From positions 1,612,001 through 1,676,000 of the forward strand of contig CM039010.1 of the NCBI GenBank assembly GCA_017499595.2: DNA of 64,000 bases, read 5' to 3'. Below the pieces are notes generated by a model that was not told where the DNA came from, did no database searches, and saw only the letters and a list, made by a program, of their open reading frames with translations. Numbering within the stretch: the stretch's first letter is position 1; each line of letters begins with the position of its first letter. The translations under genes and the position numbers were made by a program. Below are positions 10,858 to 26,548 of the stretch, one piece after another. Source of the DNA: Psilocybe cubensis (taxonomy: Eukaryota).

Positions 10858-12613
10858 ATGTCAAACATTGACCGCTTTTCTATCGTCACACTGATCCTAT
10901 TCTTCCTCTCGACGCTGTTTGTGATCCATCCAGTATCATTCCATGTTCGACTACCTGTTATTGGGAAGATTCGTCTTACCATCGGTCTCATGTCAGCGCC
11001 GATTATTGCTATAGCTATCTTATGGGCAGCTCAATGCCTTGGACCCACACAAATTCGGAACGGCATCGTCGGAACGGGTAAGGTTTTCTTCAACATATAT
11101 TTTAACCTACTCAAAGGACCATTTTAATCCAGATGACATCAAGCCGTATAATATTCTAATTCTATTCATTTCTTTGGCATACATGGCTATTACTCTGGAC
11201 GTTACGGGCATTCTCCAGGCAGCCGCCTTCTGGGTCAGCAATAAAGGCGGCGACAACGGTCGAAAGCTCTACTTCTACTTTTACATCCTTCTGACAGGCA
11301 TCAGCATGGTGGTTGGAAACGACCCCATCATTCTGTCAGGAACTGCGTTCTTGGTTTACTACACCGCAGCTACAGGCCTTGAACCTATCGCATGGCTAAT
11401 ATCCGAATTTGCTGCAGCCAACACCGCGAGCATGGTGCTGTTTGTTGGAAACCCTACCAATGTCGTCATTTGCGAAGGCTTCCGGATCAACAACGCGGCT
11501 TTCACAGCCTACACAATTCTCCCCTTCCTGGCGTGCAGCGTTGCCTGCTATGCTGCACTCGCCTTCCAATACAGAGACTCTAAACATGTTCCACGGAGAT
11601 TAAGTTTCACCGCCAAACTCGATGTTCGCCAGGTACTCAAAGATCCAGTCAGCGCTTGCTTTGGTAGCGCCTTGCTCATAACATGTCTCATCGTTGTGAT
11701 CGTGCTCAGTTTCCTCCATGTTGATGTGTGGAAAGTTACACTGCCCTTTGCAGGAGCCAAGTTCATCTTCGACTTGTCATGGGATCATTACCGTTATACC
11801 ACTGGACGCATTCCAAGATATGGCGAGAAGGGAGAGTCGGAGGACGCTTCTGGTGATGACCCCATGGTCAGCGAGCTGAAGAGAGCGATGTCCATGCCTC
11901 ACGATTTGGAGCGTCCTGCCACTTTTACATCTATGACTGCTACTGCAACGGAGGTTGCAGCAGTCGCACAGAAAATTGAACCAGCTCCAACAAAAGAGAG
12001 AGCGCCAACCGCTGGAAGCTCGGATACCGCTGTTCCAAAAGAGGATGATGGACCCCGTCTATTTGACAAGCAGAGAACGAAGCTCGACATTGTCCACGCA
12101 AAATTGGCAGCACACTTCCCAACATTCTTCACTGCACTGCCGAGACTGCCTTTTGGCCTGATACCCTTCGCCTTCTCGCAGTTTATTCTGATTGAAGGGC
12201 TTTCGCATCAAGGATGGATAGAGGTTTTTGGAATCTGGCTCGTGAGAGCTTCTGGCCGTCAGATGATACCCACAGTATGGCTGATAGGTGTTCTCGGTGT
12301 CATTCTGTGCAATGTCGCTGGAACAAACATCGGTGCTACGATTTTACTGACAAAGGTTGTTCACGCGGCGCCTGATTTCCCGGTGAGCAGCCAAAAAGCA
12401 GCAGCCATTGCGCTCGCTGTTTCGAGTAATATCGGTGCTGTGAGTTTCACATTCTCTGCCAGTCTCGCAGGGTTGCTGTGGAAGACTATTTTGGGACAAA
12501 AAGGCATCACCATTAAGCAGACAACGTTTGCGTTTTGGAATATGTTGCCGCTGTTGGCAATGACTGGGGTTGGATTGGCAATTGTCACTGCTGAAATGGT
12601 AGTGCTATATTAG
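10858..12613 (+). CDS. ArsB/NhaD/CitMHS (ion transporter superfamily) multi-pass permease
   Basis: Two exons (intron 11078-11132). Many hydrophobic helices. Motifs GNDPIIL, AANTASM...GNPTNVVI and SNIGA...SLAGLLW are typical of the ArsB-like permease family. Confidence 0.82.
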
Positions 12614-13034
12614 ACGCCTTTCTTGCCATAAATATATGATGTACACAGGGGTATTTAATAACAATTGGACGACATTGATCCGTCTTCTGTCGATTCTAAA
12701 GTTTACCACCAATACTTCTAGAATCAAGGTAAGCAGTCGAATGTGGTTCACTAATAGTAAAAGTAATAGTAATAGTAACCTAAACAAGCCCCTAAGCGGT
12801 GGCAGTGCTGGCGGGTCCACCGCGGCGCGCGCGACGCGTTGCACCTTTCTTGTGTCTTCTTTTGTACCGACAACACAAACGGCGAAACCTATTCGATTCA
12901 GCAGCATGGTATACAGATCCTGCACCAGTACTTATTAAACTATTAAAGTCGCCGGTAAGGCCCATATACAACGTTCAGTAAGGTGAATTTACGTTAAAAG
13001 CTTACCGGACTTCTTTGTCCAAAGGATAGCTAGA

Positions 13035-15369
13035 ATGGGAGCATTATTACCGTATGTGTCAGATCCACAAAATTGCCATCTTTTAACTCTGATTCGAGCA
13101 TAATCTTACACAGACCCAAGACCATACAATCGTTACCGAAAGAAATCTTACTACGCATCTTCGAATTTGTATACCAGGCGTCGTGTTCAAGCGACTTTGA
13201 CTCTCCCAGCCACTTTGCAGACCCTACTCTTTTCCCAGCATGTATCGAGGGAGTATGTCCTTTGTGGAAAAAATTGGCCCTATCCATCGGTCATTTCTCA
13301 AGCCGAATACTCGTCTTTGTCGACAAGCCGGTGGTGTACACGGAGCTGCGGACGCGGTTTACGGTATCGAAAAAGTACTCGATCGACGTCTACGTTGTTA
13401 GGAAAGGATATGATGTGGACGAGGATCTGGAGGAAAAGGCTCGGGTTCGAGGTGTGATGCAATTGTTGGTGCAGCACATAAAGCGCTGTAGAGTTGTGGT
13501 ATTTGATGTCCTGCACAACTCGTCTCTTCCGCACGTCTCCGACTTCGGGGACAGTGCAGCGAAGCTCCTCACTTTTAGGCTGCGAAGCAGACTTCCAGGA
13601 ATTGGACCCAAGGCTCAAGCATCGTTTCCTGCCAATTGTCGAAATCTTCGTCCATTTTACAGCAGGCCACTTCGATACCTCGACATGGATGCAAACATTT
13701 TTATGGACGCGATGAGTGTACCAGGGTGGTACAAAAGCTTCGAATATGTCTCTCGGAAAAATTTGACGCTTAGGAACCTACCATGCCTCGAAAATAACTC
13801 ATATGATTTGCACAAATTCCTCACCATCCTCGAAACACTCGGACACTTCCATTCACTCGTCCTGGAGAATGTCGAATTTAATCCATGGTATCGCATAAAA
13901 GGACTCATTGTGACCATATTTGTACAGAACTTCGAGTTCATAGGTCTCTCCAAAGAATACGTTTCCGAGTTCCTAGACGCTATTGACAATAAAATCGAGG
14001 AACCCAATATTACCTTGATTCGATGCGGGCTTGAATGCCAAGAGGACTTCGGATTTCGAGCCTGGTGCCTAACTCTCTGCAATATTGCTCCTGAAGAAGA
14101 CCTTTACAAATTTCTTTGCTGTTGGGATGGGTTCAGTCTAATTTTGAAAGAATGTCCTGGGGTTAATGACAATAACGTCTTACGAGCCCTCAGCACGCAT
14201 TCATGGGAGTCGATGCACGCAAAGACACTTCGCCAGTTGCAAATCACAACGTCGGGTCCAATATTGATCACTATGGATGGTTTAAAGAGGATGGTGATTG
14301 AGAGGCAAGAAGAAGCCAGCAAATTTTTTACAGAAGACCATCCGATGAAGAGTATCCCCTTACCGATGCACTCAATTTACATCTCCGGAAGCGGTCATCC
14401 TTTAACACCTTCGGATTTGTCGTGGTTCAGCGACAATTTGGATTTTTTTTATTGGCATGCATCTCTGCCTCGCTCTGATTCTCCAGTTCTTGACTGGGAT
14501 ATCTCTAACTTGAATGACTTGGAGGTAGGAATGTTCATACTCGTTTTACAAGCTACTCATTTTGCTCGAAGTTCCAGCCTTCTGCTTCTGGAGATATCGA
14601 CCCGAGTTCATCACCTTTGCCCCCCGTATCACAAACTCCTTCGCTGGATGTAGGTTATGCTCATTATTTAAGCTCCAGATGTTCAAATAGCTATTTCATT
14701 TCAGCCTCCTGCCGATCACTCATCCTCACCCCCGACATCGCAACCTCTCCCCTCAAGTGTGAGCCTTTTGTTTACCCCAAAATATACTTCGCGTTAAACC
14801 TCCAAACAGCATCCCGAGCTTCATTCTTCTTCCTCCCCCAAATTACAAATTTCTGTTCCAGACGTAAGCACGGCTACCTTCTTTCCCTGAATTGCAATCG
14901 GCAATAATATGATCTAACTCTCCTCACACCTAGTCTCCCGTCATTGAGGGAGATTTTTGTTATCTGGATTGGCCCAATACTCTCGAATCTTCGCCACCTC
15001 CACGGTCAAAAACCCCTGATCCTGATGTAAAACATTTTGTCCGCTAATATTACGCACTGTTAACTCAATGGTTCACAACTAGTCTCCCATCCTCGATGAC
15101 GATCTCTCCAGGATCGATTGGTCTAAGGTCCCTGCCGACTTTGACCTCCCTCCACCTGAAAAACCACAACGCTGTTCTACTCCCGATGTAAGAATTTTGC
15201 AAAGACGTATATTGTCAACTCATCTCACTTCACACAGTCGCCTATCATGGACGGTGATTTTTCTACGTTCGATTGGTCCATCGAACAAGTGAGTTCTTCC
15301 ACCGTTTTTTTCTTCGTTTTGGAATTATTGCTCAGTTTGTTTATTTGTCAGCTTAGGAGTTTGCCATAA
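13035..15369 (+). CDS. F-box-like protein (Agaricomycete F-box/LRR-like type) with a C-terminal tail built from phase-0 mini-exons
   Basis: ATG at 13035, intron 13052-13113, then IQSLPKEILLRIF...VCPLWKKLA (F-box-like). Long exon runs to 14524, followed by seven short exons ending LRSLP* at 15369. Confidence 0.72.
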
Positions 15370-15790
15370 ATCTCTATATTCTATCTAAACTATTCAACAC
15401 ATGGATAAACCTACTCACTATATTACTGCTTTCGCGATTCTTCATCGCTTCTCCTGGTAGTTTTCGCATACATTTATTGCTGTTCTAATGCTTTTCGTGC
15501 ACCATCATTGTACAGTATACTATCTCATGCTAATCTATCATCCATATGTATCCTATGTTCGTATCGTAGTGCTTCATAACAATATAGTATTAAAAAATGC
15601 ATGAGCCAAAAAGTAGTGAACGAGTCGATGACGCTGTTGCTTGAGCCGCCAAGAAGGAAACGGCAATCACCTCAACAATCACGGTCTTGAGTAGCTCGAA
15701 ATAGTAGCCCCTGATTTTGATAACTCGCTGTTCACATTTGAATGCATCCACAAATGGAGATTCCAGATAATCCTTCTTACTACCATCGTC

Positions 15791-17031
15791 ATGAAGGTCG
15801 CGGTCTTTGGGACACAGAAGGTATGTTTTACTGAAGCGTCCTGTGTACTGGGTTCTGAATGATTGAGGCACATCTAACCATCCATTTAGTATGATTTGGC
15901 TTCCTTGACAGAAGTGAGCATACCTGAAGGAAAGGAGTTCTCCTTCACCTTCCTGGATCCACTTTTGGATGAAAAAACTGCTATTTTGGCTGCTGGTCAC
16001 GATGCTATCTGCATCTTTGTCAACGATATCTGCGATGCAATCGTGATCAAGAAACTCGCTGACATTGGGGTGGTAGGTTTCATGATTTTGCTTCCTGCTA
16101 GTGGCCATTCAACTAACTCAAATACCCCAGAAATTTGTCGCACTACGTTGCGCTGGTTACAACAATGTCGATTTAAAAGCCGCTCATAAGCATGGTATCA
16201 AGGTCGCGCGCGTGCCAGCATACTCCCCCGAAGCAGTCGCAGAGTTTACAGTCGGAATGATCATGACGGTTATCCGCAAATACCACAAAGCCTACAACCG
16301 CGTCCGAGAAGGGAACTTCCTTCTTGACGGTCTCCTAGGATTCAATATTCATGGAAAGACCGTTGGGTTGATCGGCACAGGGAAGATCGGGCTGTTAACA
16401 GGAAAGATTCTGTCCAAGGGATTCGGCGCAAATGTCATCGCCTACGATCCTTATCCTTCTCAGTTGGCTGAGGAATACGGTATAACCTACGTCGAGGCTT
16501 TGGATGAGCTTCTCACCCGCTCTGATATAATCAGCCTTCATTGTCCTCTTAATGAGAGCACGAAGTATATCATCAACGACAGCAACCTTGCAAAGACCAA
16601 GAAGGGCGTGGTGTTGATCAACACGTCTCGTGGGGGACTAATAGATACATACGCTCTAATCCGGTGCGCCGCTGATGTCCCGCTATTTTTTTAAATTTGA
16701 GGCTTATGCTGTCATCAGAGCTTTGAAGACAGATCATGTCTCCGCGGTCGGCTTAGACGTTTATGAACGTGAATCCAACTATTTCTTTGCGGATTCGAGT
16801 GCGAAGGTTATCGCAGATGATAGTTTTGCTCGCCTGTTATCATTCTACAATGTCTTTATGACGTGAGCTGAACCTTGTTCTACACCACTCAAGAGTCCGT
16901 ACTCACATTTATACAGAGGCCACCAAGCTTTCTTAACGTCTGAAGCTTTACAAAACATTGCAGAGACTACAGTCAATAACCTACTCGAATTGGAGGCATC
17001 AGGAACATGTAAATTTGTGGTCGAAAAGTAG
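15791..17031 (+). CDS. NAD-dependent D-lactate dehydrogenase (D-isomer-specific 2-hydroxyacid dehydrogenase, LdhA-like)
   Basis: MKVAVFG...AICIFVND...ALRCAGYNNVDL...RVPAYSPEAVAE; Rossmann motif GLIGTGKIG; SLHCPL; INTSRGGLID; GLDVYE; catalytic GHQAFLT. Five exons. Confidence 0.93.
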
Positions 17032-17233
17032 GAGTCACCAACACCATTGGCCGATTTTATTGCGTCCTGGGCAGAGGTTGAAAGGTCTTCCGAATTATTT
17101 TTGTTGCTTCAAAGGTTGTACAGAGAATAAAATACAGTTGGACATAAAACAGAGTAAGGGTCAGGCAAGCAAGCGCCGAAAAAATGAAGTAGGTATATAA
17201 AACAAAACAAAACGACCATCCATTCCTTCCACC

Positions 17234-20586
<3,353 letters not shown>

Positions 20587-20634
20587 TTTGGAAGGCTCGT
20601 CTAGTTCACAATAGTAACAAGGTAGAACAAGCTT

Positions 20635-20653
20635 CGACGCGACGCGACGCGTC
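20635..20653. promoter_or_regulatory. Tandem GACGC repeats ending in ACGCGT (MCB/MluI-like box) about 50-65 nt upstream of the MCM4 ATG
   Basis: Sequence cgacgcgacgcgacgcgtc, with ACGCGT at 20647-20652, in the promoter of a replication gene. Confidence 0.55.
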
Positions 20654-21085
20654 AATTTTGAACTTAGGGCCGGTCATATACATATATTCCCACGGTGTCT
20701 CCTTCCTCTGACCCTTTACTTTATGCTTCTCCATGTCCTTGAAGAACCAATAGGATGAAGCACCATGGTGCACATATTATCTTTCAAATCTTATGTCTCT
20801 TTGGTCAGGGCTTGACTTCGGGCATCTCACTTGAAATTTTGCACAGCTTTTCGGATTGATGGCGATTAAAAGCAGGTGGCGCCACCATCCTCACTCCTCA
20901 TGTGAAGAAAGTGGAGGCAAGCGTGACTTCATTGACCACCCCTTGGCCGCATACCTTCGTTCACCAACTTCGAAGCTGGGTGCATTTGGGCAAGCTTGCA
21001 GGCATACTTGGCGAGTTTTGAGAAATGCAACTGGTCAGTTTGCTATACTGTCTTCGTGAATTCACTATGTCGACATTCATTGTAG

Positions 21086-21914
21086 ACGATAGAAAGGATA
21101 CACCTCCGAGACGACCTGCTACAGCAAGATATACCCCTCAAGGAGCTTCACTGTTATAGCCTACCATTTGGACTTCTTGGCTTCATCTCTCATGTCCTTA
21201 CTTACTATACCATCGCCTGTCTGTGGTTCGGACGGAAACCGCTCTGGCCCTTTTCAAAGATAGCCAACTCCAAATTCGATATCATCCTCGGATCCCTTGG
21301 CGTGTCGCTCTGCATCATCATGTCGATTGTTACCATGATAAAATGCAAAAATACATGGCAACTCCTTGTAATTGCAGTGTGGAAACTGAGCATGTCGTTG
21401 TTGAGTGGCATGACCGCTCTGCACGTTGCTATTCTAGTCATCAACAACCCGGATGATGATATTCAGCTAAAATCTAAAACTTCGGCTTGGTGGCTCGTCC
21501 TTTGTGAGCATATTTATTGTATAAAACTGTTCAGCACATGCTAAATTACAGTCAGATATCCCTGGTATGGTTGCAGGCATGATTGGCCTTATGAGCCTCG
21601 TCGTGAAAGTCACAGATCGATCCGAAACTGTCCTTGGCCTCACTATTGCATTCTACTCAGTAGTTGGGGCATCACTGGTCGTTGGAATCATTTCCATGAT
21701 TCTTACGTGCTACTTAGGTAGTGGGGAATCTGGCAAAGTCGCCGCAACCGGCTTTCTTGTCACCATCGCGTTGTTCATCGTCTTGAGCGCTTTTTACTCC
21801 GATTGGTGCCTGGGCATCATGCTGGACAACCTTCTCGGAACACCCTCGTCTGATAATTCTGGCTTCTATTGGACATATTTTATCGCCAAGCGGCTAACAA
21901 TGTTCAGTTTGTGA
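21086..21914 (+). CDS. Hypothetical multi-pass membrane protein; 5' end unresolved
   Basis: Frame reads ELHCYSLPFGLLGFISHVLTYYTIACLWFGRKPLWP...WQLLVIAVWK, then an intron, then YIPGMVAG...LSAFYSDWCLG...YWTYFIAKRLTMFSL*. About 6-7 hydrophobic segments. The upstream exon could not be joined in frame with confidence. Confidence 0.68.
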
Positions 21915-23200
21915 TCCTGACAATACATGCCTGACAGTGTAGATATCCAAATGTTACCCTCTGACATGAGCGATTGCCCGCCTGAATACAGAAATGTGCA
22001 GAATAACAAAAAAAATTGACAGTGGTAACTTTGCAAAGTAACGAACTTTATTGCGGAAAGCGCCCAAAAGGGGTGTCCGAGATAGACGATTTTGCAAACA
22101 AATTTGTTATTTCTGTTCATGGGGGCTCAAAGGTTTCTGGCTACATCATATAATATTTGTATTTTATTGATGTTAAAAGTTGATTCTGATGGTTTGCATA
22201 GAATGAGCTGTGTGTGAAACTTTTGCGCATGCTTGATAGGGGAAATCCTGATCGTTACCACTAGGAAAGTACCGCGGTCGACGGAACAATTTTCACGGGC
22301 GCTGAAGTGCCCAAGAAAGCATGAGATCAACTTAAGACAGTCCATTATGATGGCAGTGTAATTCTGATGTTGCTATTTTCTCTTGTCTCTCTAGGTGTGA
22401 GAAAATTCTATACAACACGTTCCTCAGGACCGATATACGACTGACCAGAGTTTGACGTTAACTTATGTGGCTGAGGAACTTTCAACCTCATGATCATTGA
22501 CTGGCGCCAGAGGTAGCATTAAGGTTTGACATCTAAGTATCCATTGATCAGGAAATGAGGCGTAGCTTTACCATATATTTTCCCAGATGCTGCCAGATTT
22601 TGGCGAGCGCGGTCTTAAAAAATACATTACAGCCCCTGAGGTCTGGCTAAGCGCTTGGATCCAGCTTAAATCTGAAGGCTTGCAATCTCATGCAATCTGT
22701 AAAGATCGATCAGGAGGTACCAGCAGCATATCATTGGTTGGGGTTTGCGGTGGCCACTAACTATCTAACAGATCGACATCATGATCTCAAGAGACTACCG
22801 ATAAAATGTACCAAATGACTCGTTGAATTAACGTGCTCTCTCTTTTCTAACATATGATGTCGCCTCCTAGGCTCAATGGCCAGAATTGATGGGATTTAGG
22901 AGTCTCCGATTCATTGCCTTATGCAGAATTGCGTAAGCCAATCCTAGTAAGGGTAAATGAGAAATGGTAAACCGCCAATAGCTGACAAACGAATGTTATG
23001 GAGAACCGGAATACTATTCGACCCTCGGGACTTGGTGAAGCGCGGCCTTGAATGTACTACGTTACATGTTTCAGAGTCCGAAGACTGTTATAAAATGGAT
23101 GCTGGTAGTCAACTTGTAGACACACAGTACCGCACTGCCGTTCGGAACTGGGTCGTGCTGTAGACTCGTGGACTTGTTGAGGACAGGAGAACTTGCAGAG

Positions 23201-23265
23201 ACGCGTCGACTCGCGGCGTGGCCCGAGACGCGTTGTGTACGCGTGCTTGGTTGTATATAAATAAG
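23201..23265 (+). promoter_or_regulatory. Three ACGCGT (MCB-like) boxes followed by a TATA-like element upstream of the F-box/WD40 gene
   Basis: ACGCGT at 23201, 23228 and 23239; TATATAAATAA at about 23254-23264; ATG at 23369. Confidence 0.5.
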
Positions 23266-23368
23266 GTTGCTCCGATCACGGGACTTGACCTAAAGTAACG
23301 GCCTTCCCTGAAAGTCTCATTCAACCGGCTCCTTCTTGAACGACGAGCAACTCCTTTGCTCGCCGTCA

Positions 23369-26300
23369 ATGGCATCTTCAAGCCAATCCACACATCCCAC
23401 ATTTCCTCCTTCTGCCTATTATAATCGCCGACAACATCCACAGAGGCCAGGCAGTTCACGCAGGACAAATTCGAGCTCCTATGATGCACCTAGTCGCACT
23501 ATCGAAGGCCTCCTCCAACGCCACAATCGTGCGGCGTCTTCGTCGTCGTTTACCTTGGCACTGGATGGACATCGCATAAACTTTCAACCTGCCTCTAGAA
23601 CGACATCTCCGGATTTCCTCCCGACAGCCGACTCTCGCATGCTTTCCATCTTGCCTAGCGGTACCGTTGATACCTCGTTTCACCAGGCCACGGAGTCACT
23701 GTTACCTGCTTTTGAGCTGGGGAGTGCCTCAGTGAATATGGTCAACCACAGTGAACGGCCTCCGTCCCCTGTACCTACTGTCGATTTTTCAATAATCGAT
23801 GTAGACATTGATGAGGCGGACTTAAACCCATCGCTTCCTGGAAGTTATCCCTCAAGATTTCTTTCCTCCTCCATGTCTTTCTCGAGAGGCAGACCTGCAT
23901 ACGTTGGCTATAACCATTCAAATACTAGTACCAGTGATTCTCCTCAATCACCATCACAGGGTATCATGTCGCTGAAATCCTTTCTTCCACGCATATGGGA
24001 CGCATTATCGACTCCTGGGAGGACGATGTTTGGTTTGTCCTCTGCAAACGCCACGTCACCCTCTGTATCACCTCCTTCTTCTAGGGCGCCATCGCCGTCT
24101 GCTATGCCTCGCCGCCATGTAAATCAATCGTGGTACACCCCCAACGCGGCAACGAGCGGGAGAAACTCGCCTGTGTATTGGACGCCAGGTTCTGCCAACA
24201 AAGGTAAAGGTAAATCCCGGACACCCAACTTCTTTTCCAGCCGGAATGGGAGCAGAAACGATCTTTCTGAATACATCGACTATTCGGAATTACCTCCCTT
24301 AGATGGAGAGGAAGGAGAACTAATCGATGATGAAGCGTGCTTTATTGATGTTAGAGCAGTTCATGGGATCGGTATGTCGCATGTTGTATACCGATCATTA
24401 TTCTGACACTAATACGTAATGTATCTATTTATTGGCAACCAGATATAATATCTCTCCTTCCTCCCGAGCTTGCGTTGCATATCTTTACTTTAATTTGCCC
24501 ACCTCCCCTTCCATCCCCAAGCAACACCAAAAGTTCCCTGAAAAACCAATTGTCGCCCGGTAGAAACAGTATTAACGGCAACGAGTTTGACGCCGTTCCA
24601 GATGATGCGTTACGTGCCTTGTTATCCTGCCGTCTAGTATCTCGGACTTGGTGCCGTCTTGCAAGCGACAATCATATATGGCGTTCTCTATTTCTTAGTA
24701 GATGGAACATAGACTTAAGGCGAGCGACGAATGCGACTGTACTACCCCAGGGGCTGGCGCGCAATGCAAGTGCTACTCTGGGCAAGACGTGGGACGTTGA
24801 CTTAACCGACATTGAACCCAAAGCCAAGCGTGTTCTTGGACTTTCTTCTCCTGTTGTCGATGCTCCGGTAACTTGCGCGCCTCTTAGGTTAGACTGGCGA
24901 ATACTGTATCGTGAGAGGCTAGAATTGGATCGTCGATGGTCAGGTGCATCTCGCATTCCCATCAAGAAAGAATCAAACTCGTTTGGCGACTTCATGCGAC
25001 GGAGAGGTGCTATCTATGACAGTATCAATCTCTCGAGCCCATTTGGCTGTAGGTATGACGCCGACAGGGGGGATTTGCAAGTAGAAGCGAATTATGAACC
25101 GACACCAATGAAGATATCCGGCCATACCGATAGGTATGTTGATTGCCTCGATCGACACCAAACAATTGCTTATCACCTTGTAGCGTCTATTGCCTGGAGT
25201 TCGATTCGCGTCGCATAATTACTGGCTCCCGGGATCGCACCATTAAAGTATGGAGTTTGCGGACAGGTGCTCTCCTCGGAAGCTTCTCAGGTGTGCATCG
25301 GGGTAGCGTTTTATGCTTAAAATTTGAAAAGGATTGGGACCGTGATTGGTGCGATTCTTATGAATCAGAAGAAGAGGGTAACGGGGATTTCACTGGATCC
25401 CAGCGAAATCCGATTCACCGTGAGGGCGTCTATGTAAAAGAGTCCAAACGACAGAGGACGGGGTTCATGGTCAGTGGTAGCAGCGATTGTTCTGTTTGCG
25501 TGTGGGACCTTCATCTTGGGGCCATCATGGAATCTAATGATGATGATACAAGCCTCCGCAATGGGAATTCACATTTCAAGGATGAGAGCGAAAGGGAGGT
25601 AATAGCAACTGTCAGGGACGTGCTAACCGGCCACCTCGGAGGAGTTTTGGATCTCCGCATCGATAAGCAGTGGATAGTCAGCTGGTGCGCTGTACAAAGA
25701 ATTTTTTGTATTATATTCACTGATTGCTGCTCTCCTCTAGCTCCAAGGATGCAGTAATCCGCGTTTGGAACCGTAAAACTCTGAAGCTTCATCGCGCCTT
25801 GCGAGGCCATGAAGGTCCTGTTAATGCTGTCGGTCTTCAGAGTGGCAGAGTTGTACGTACTTTATATATGTTCTCTAGAGCTGAATCTTCAACTCCAACA
25901 CAGGTCAGTGCTAGCGGAGACGGGAAGATGATATTATGGGACATACAGAGCGGCGAGCGACTACGAACTTTTGAAGGCCATGATCGTGGACTGGCTTGCA
26001 TTGAATTCAAGGTGATAACCGTGCAAAGGAAGAATTTTTTTATGTATGACTTACTTTTTAATACTTCACCCTTGATACACTTTAGGATGACTTAATTGTG
26101 TCCGGGTCCAATGACCGTAAAATCAAAATTTGGAGTGCTTCCACTGGCGATTGCCTGCGAACATTGGTTGGCCACGACGCCCTTGTTCGCGCGTTATCTT
26201 TCAACCCTCGTACCGGACGCCTTGTCAGCGCCAGCTACGATAAAACTGTCAAGCTCTGGGATTTAGGAAGTGGTACGCTTCTTTTTTCGTATGCATCCTC

Positions 26301-26548
26301 GTGTGCCATAATATTCAGCGTTTGCTTATCCTCAGGGAAATTGATTCGAGAGTTCAAGGGAAACCACACCAGCCATATATTCGACGTCAAATTCGATGTC
26401 TCACGCATAGTTAGGTATGGCGTTTCAATCATCTGGTTCTTCTGCAGAGGTCAAGTCTTACTTCATATTTACTCGCAGCACATCTCATGACCGCAAAATT
26501 GTCGTCTTGGACTTTTCTGAGCAATTGAACACTGCGTTGTTCACCTAA
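23369..26548 (+). CDS. F-box/WD40-repeat SCF substrate receptor (beta-TrCP/Pof11/FWD1-like)
   Basis: Disordered Ser-rich N-terminus; F-box DIISLLPPELALHIF...VSRTWCRLASDNHIWR; WD40 repeats GHTDSVYCLEFD...TGSRDRTIKVW, GHEGPVNAV, GHDRGLACI, GHDALVRAL. Confidence 0.9.

Noticed and set aside
22395-22932. Series of splice-like sites suggesting a small + strand gene
   Set aside because: Stops occur in all frames of the putative first exon and no coherent product results.
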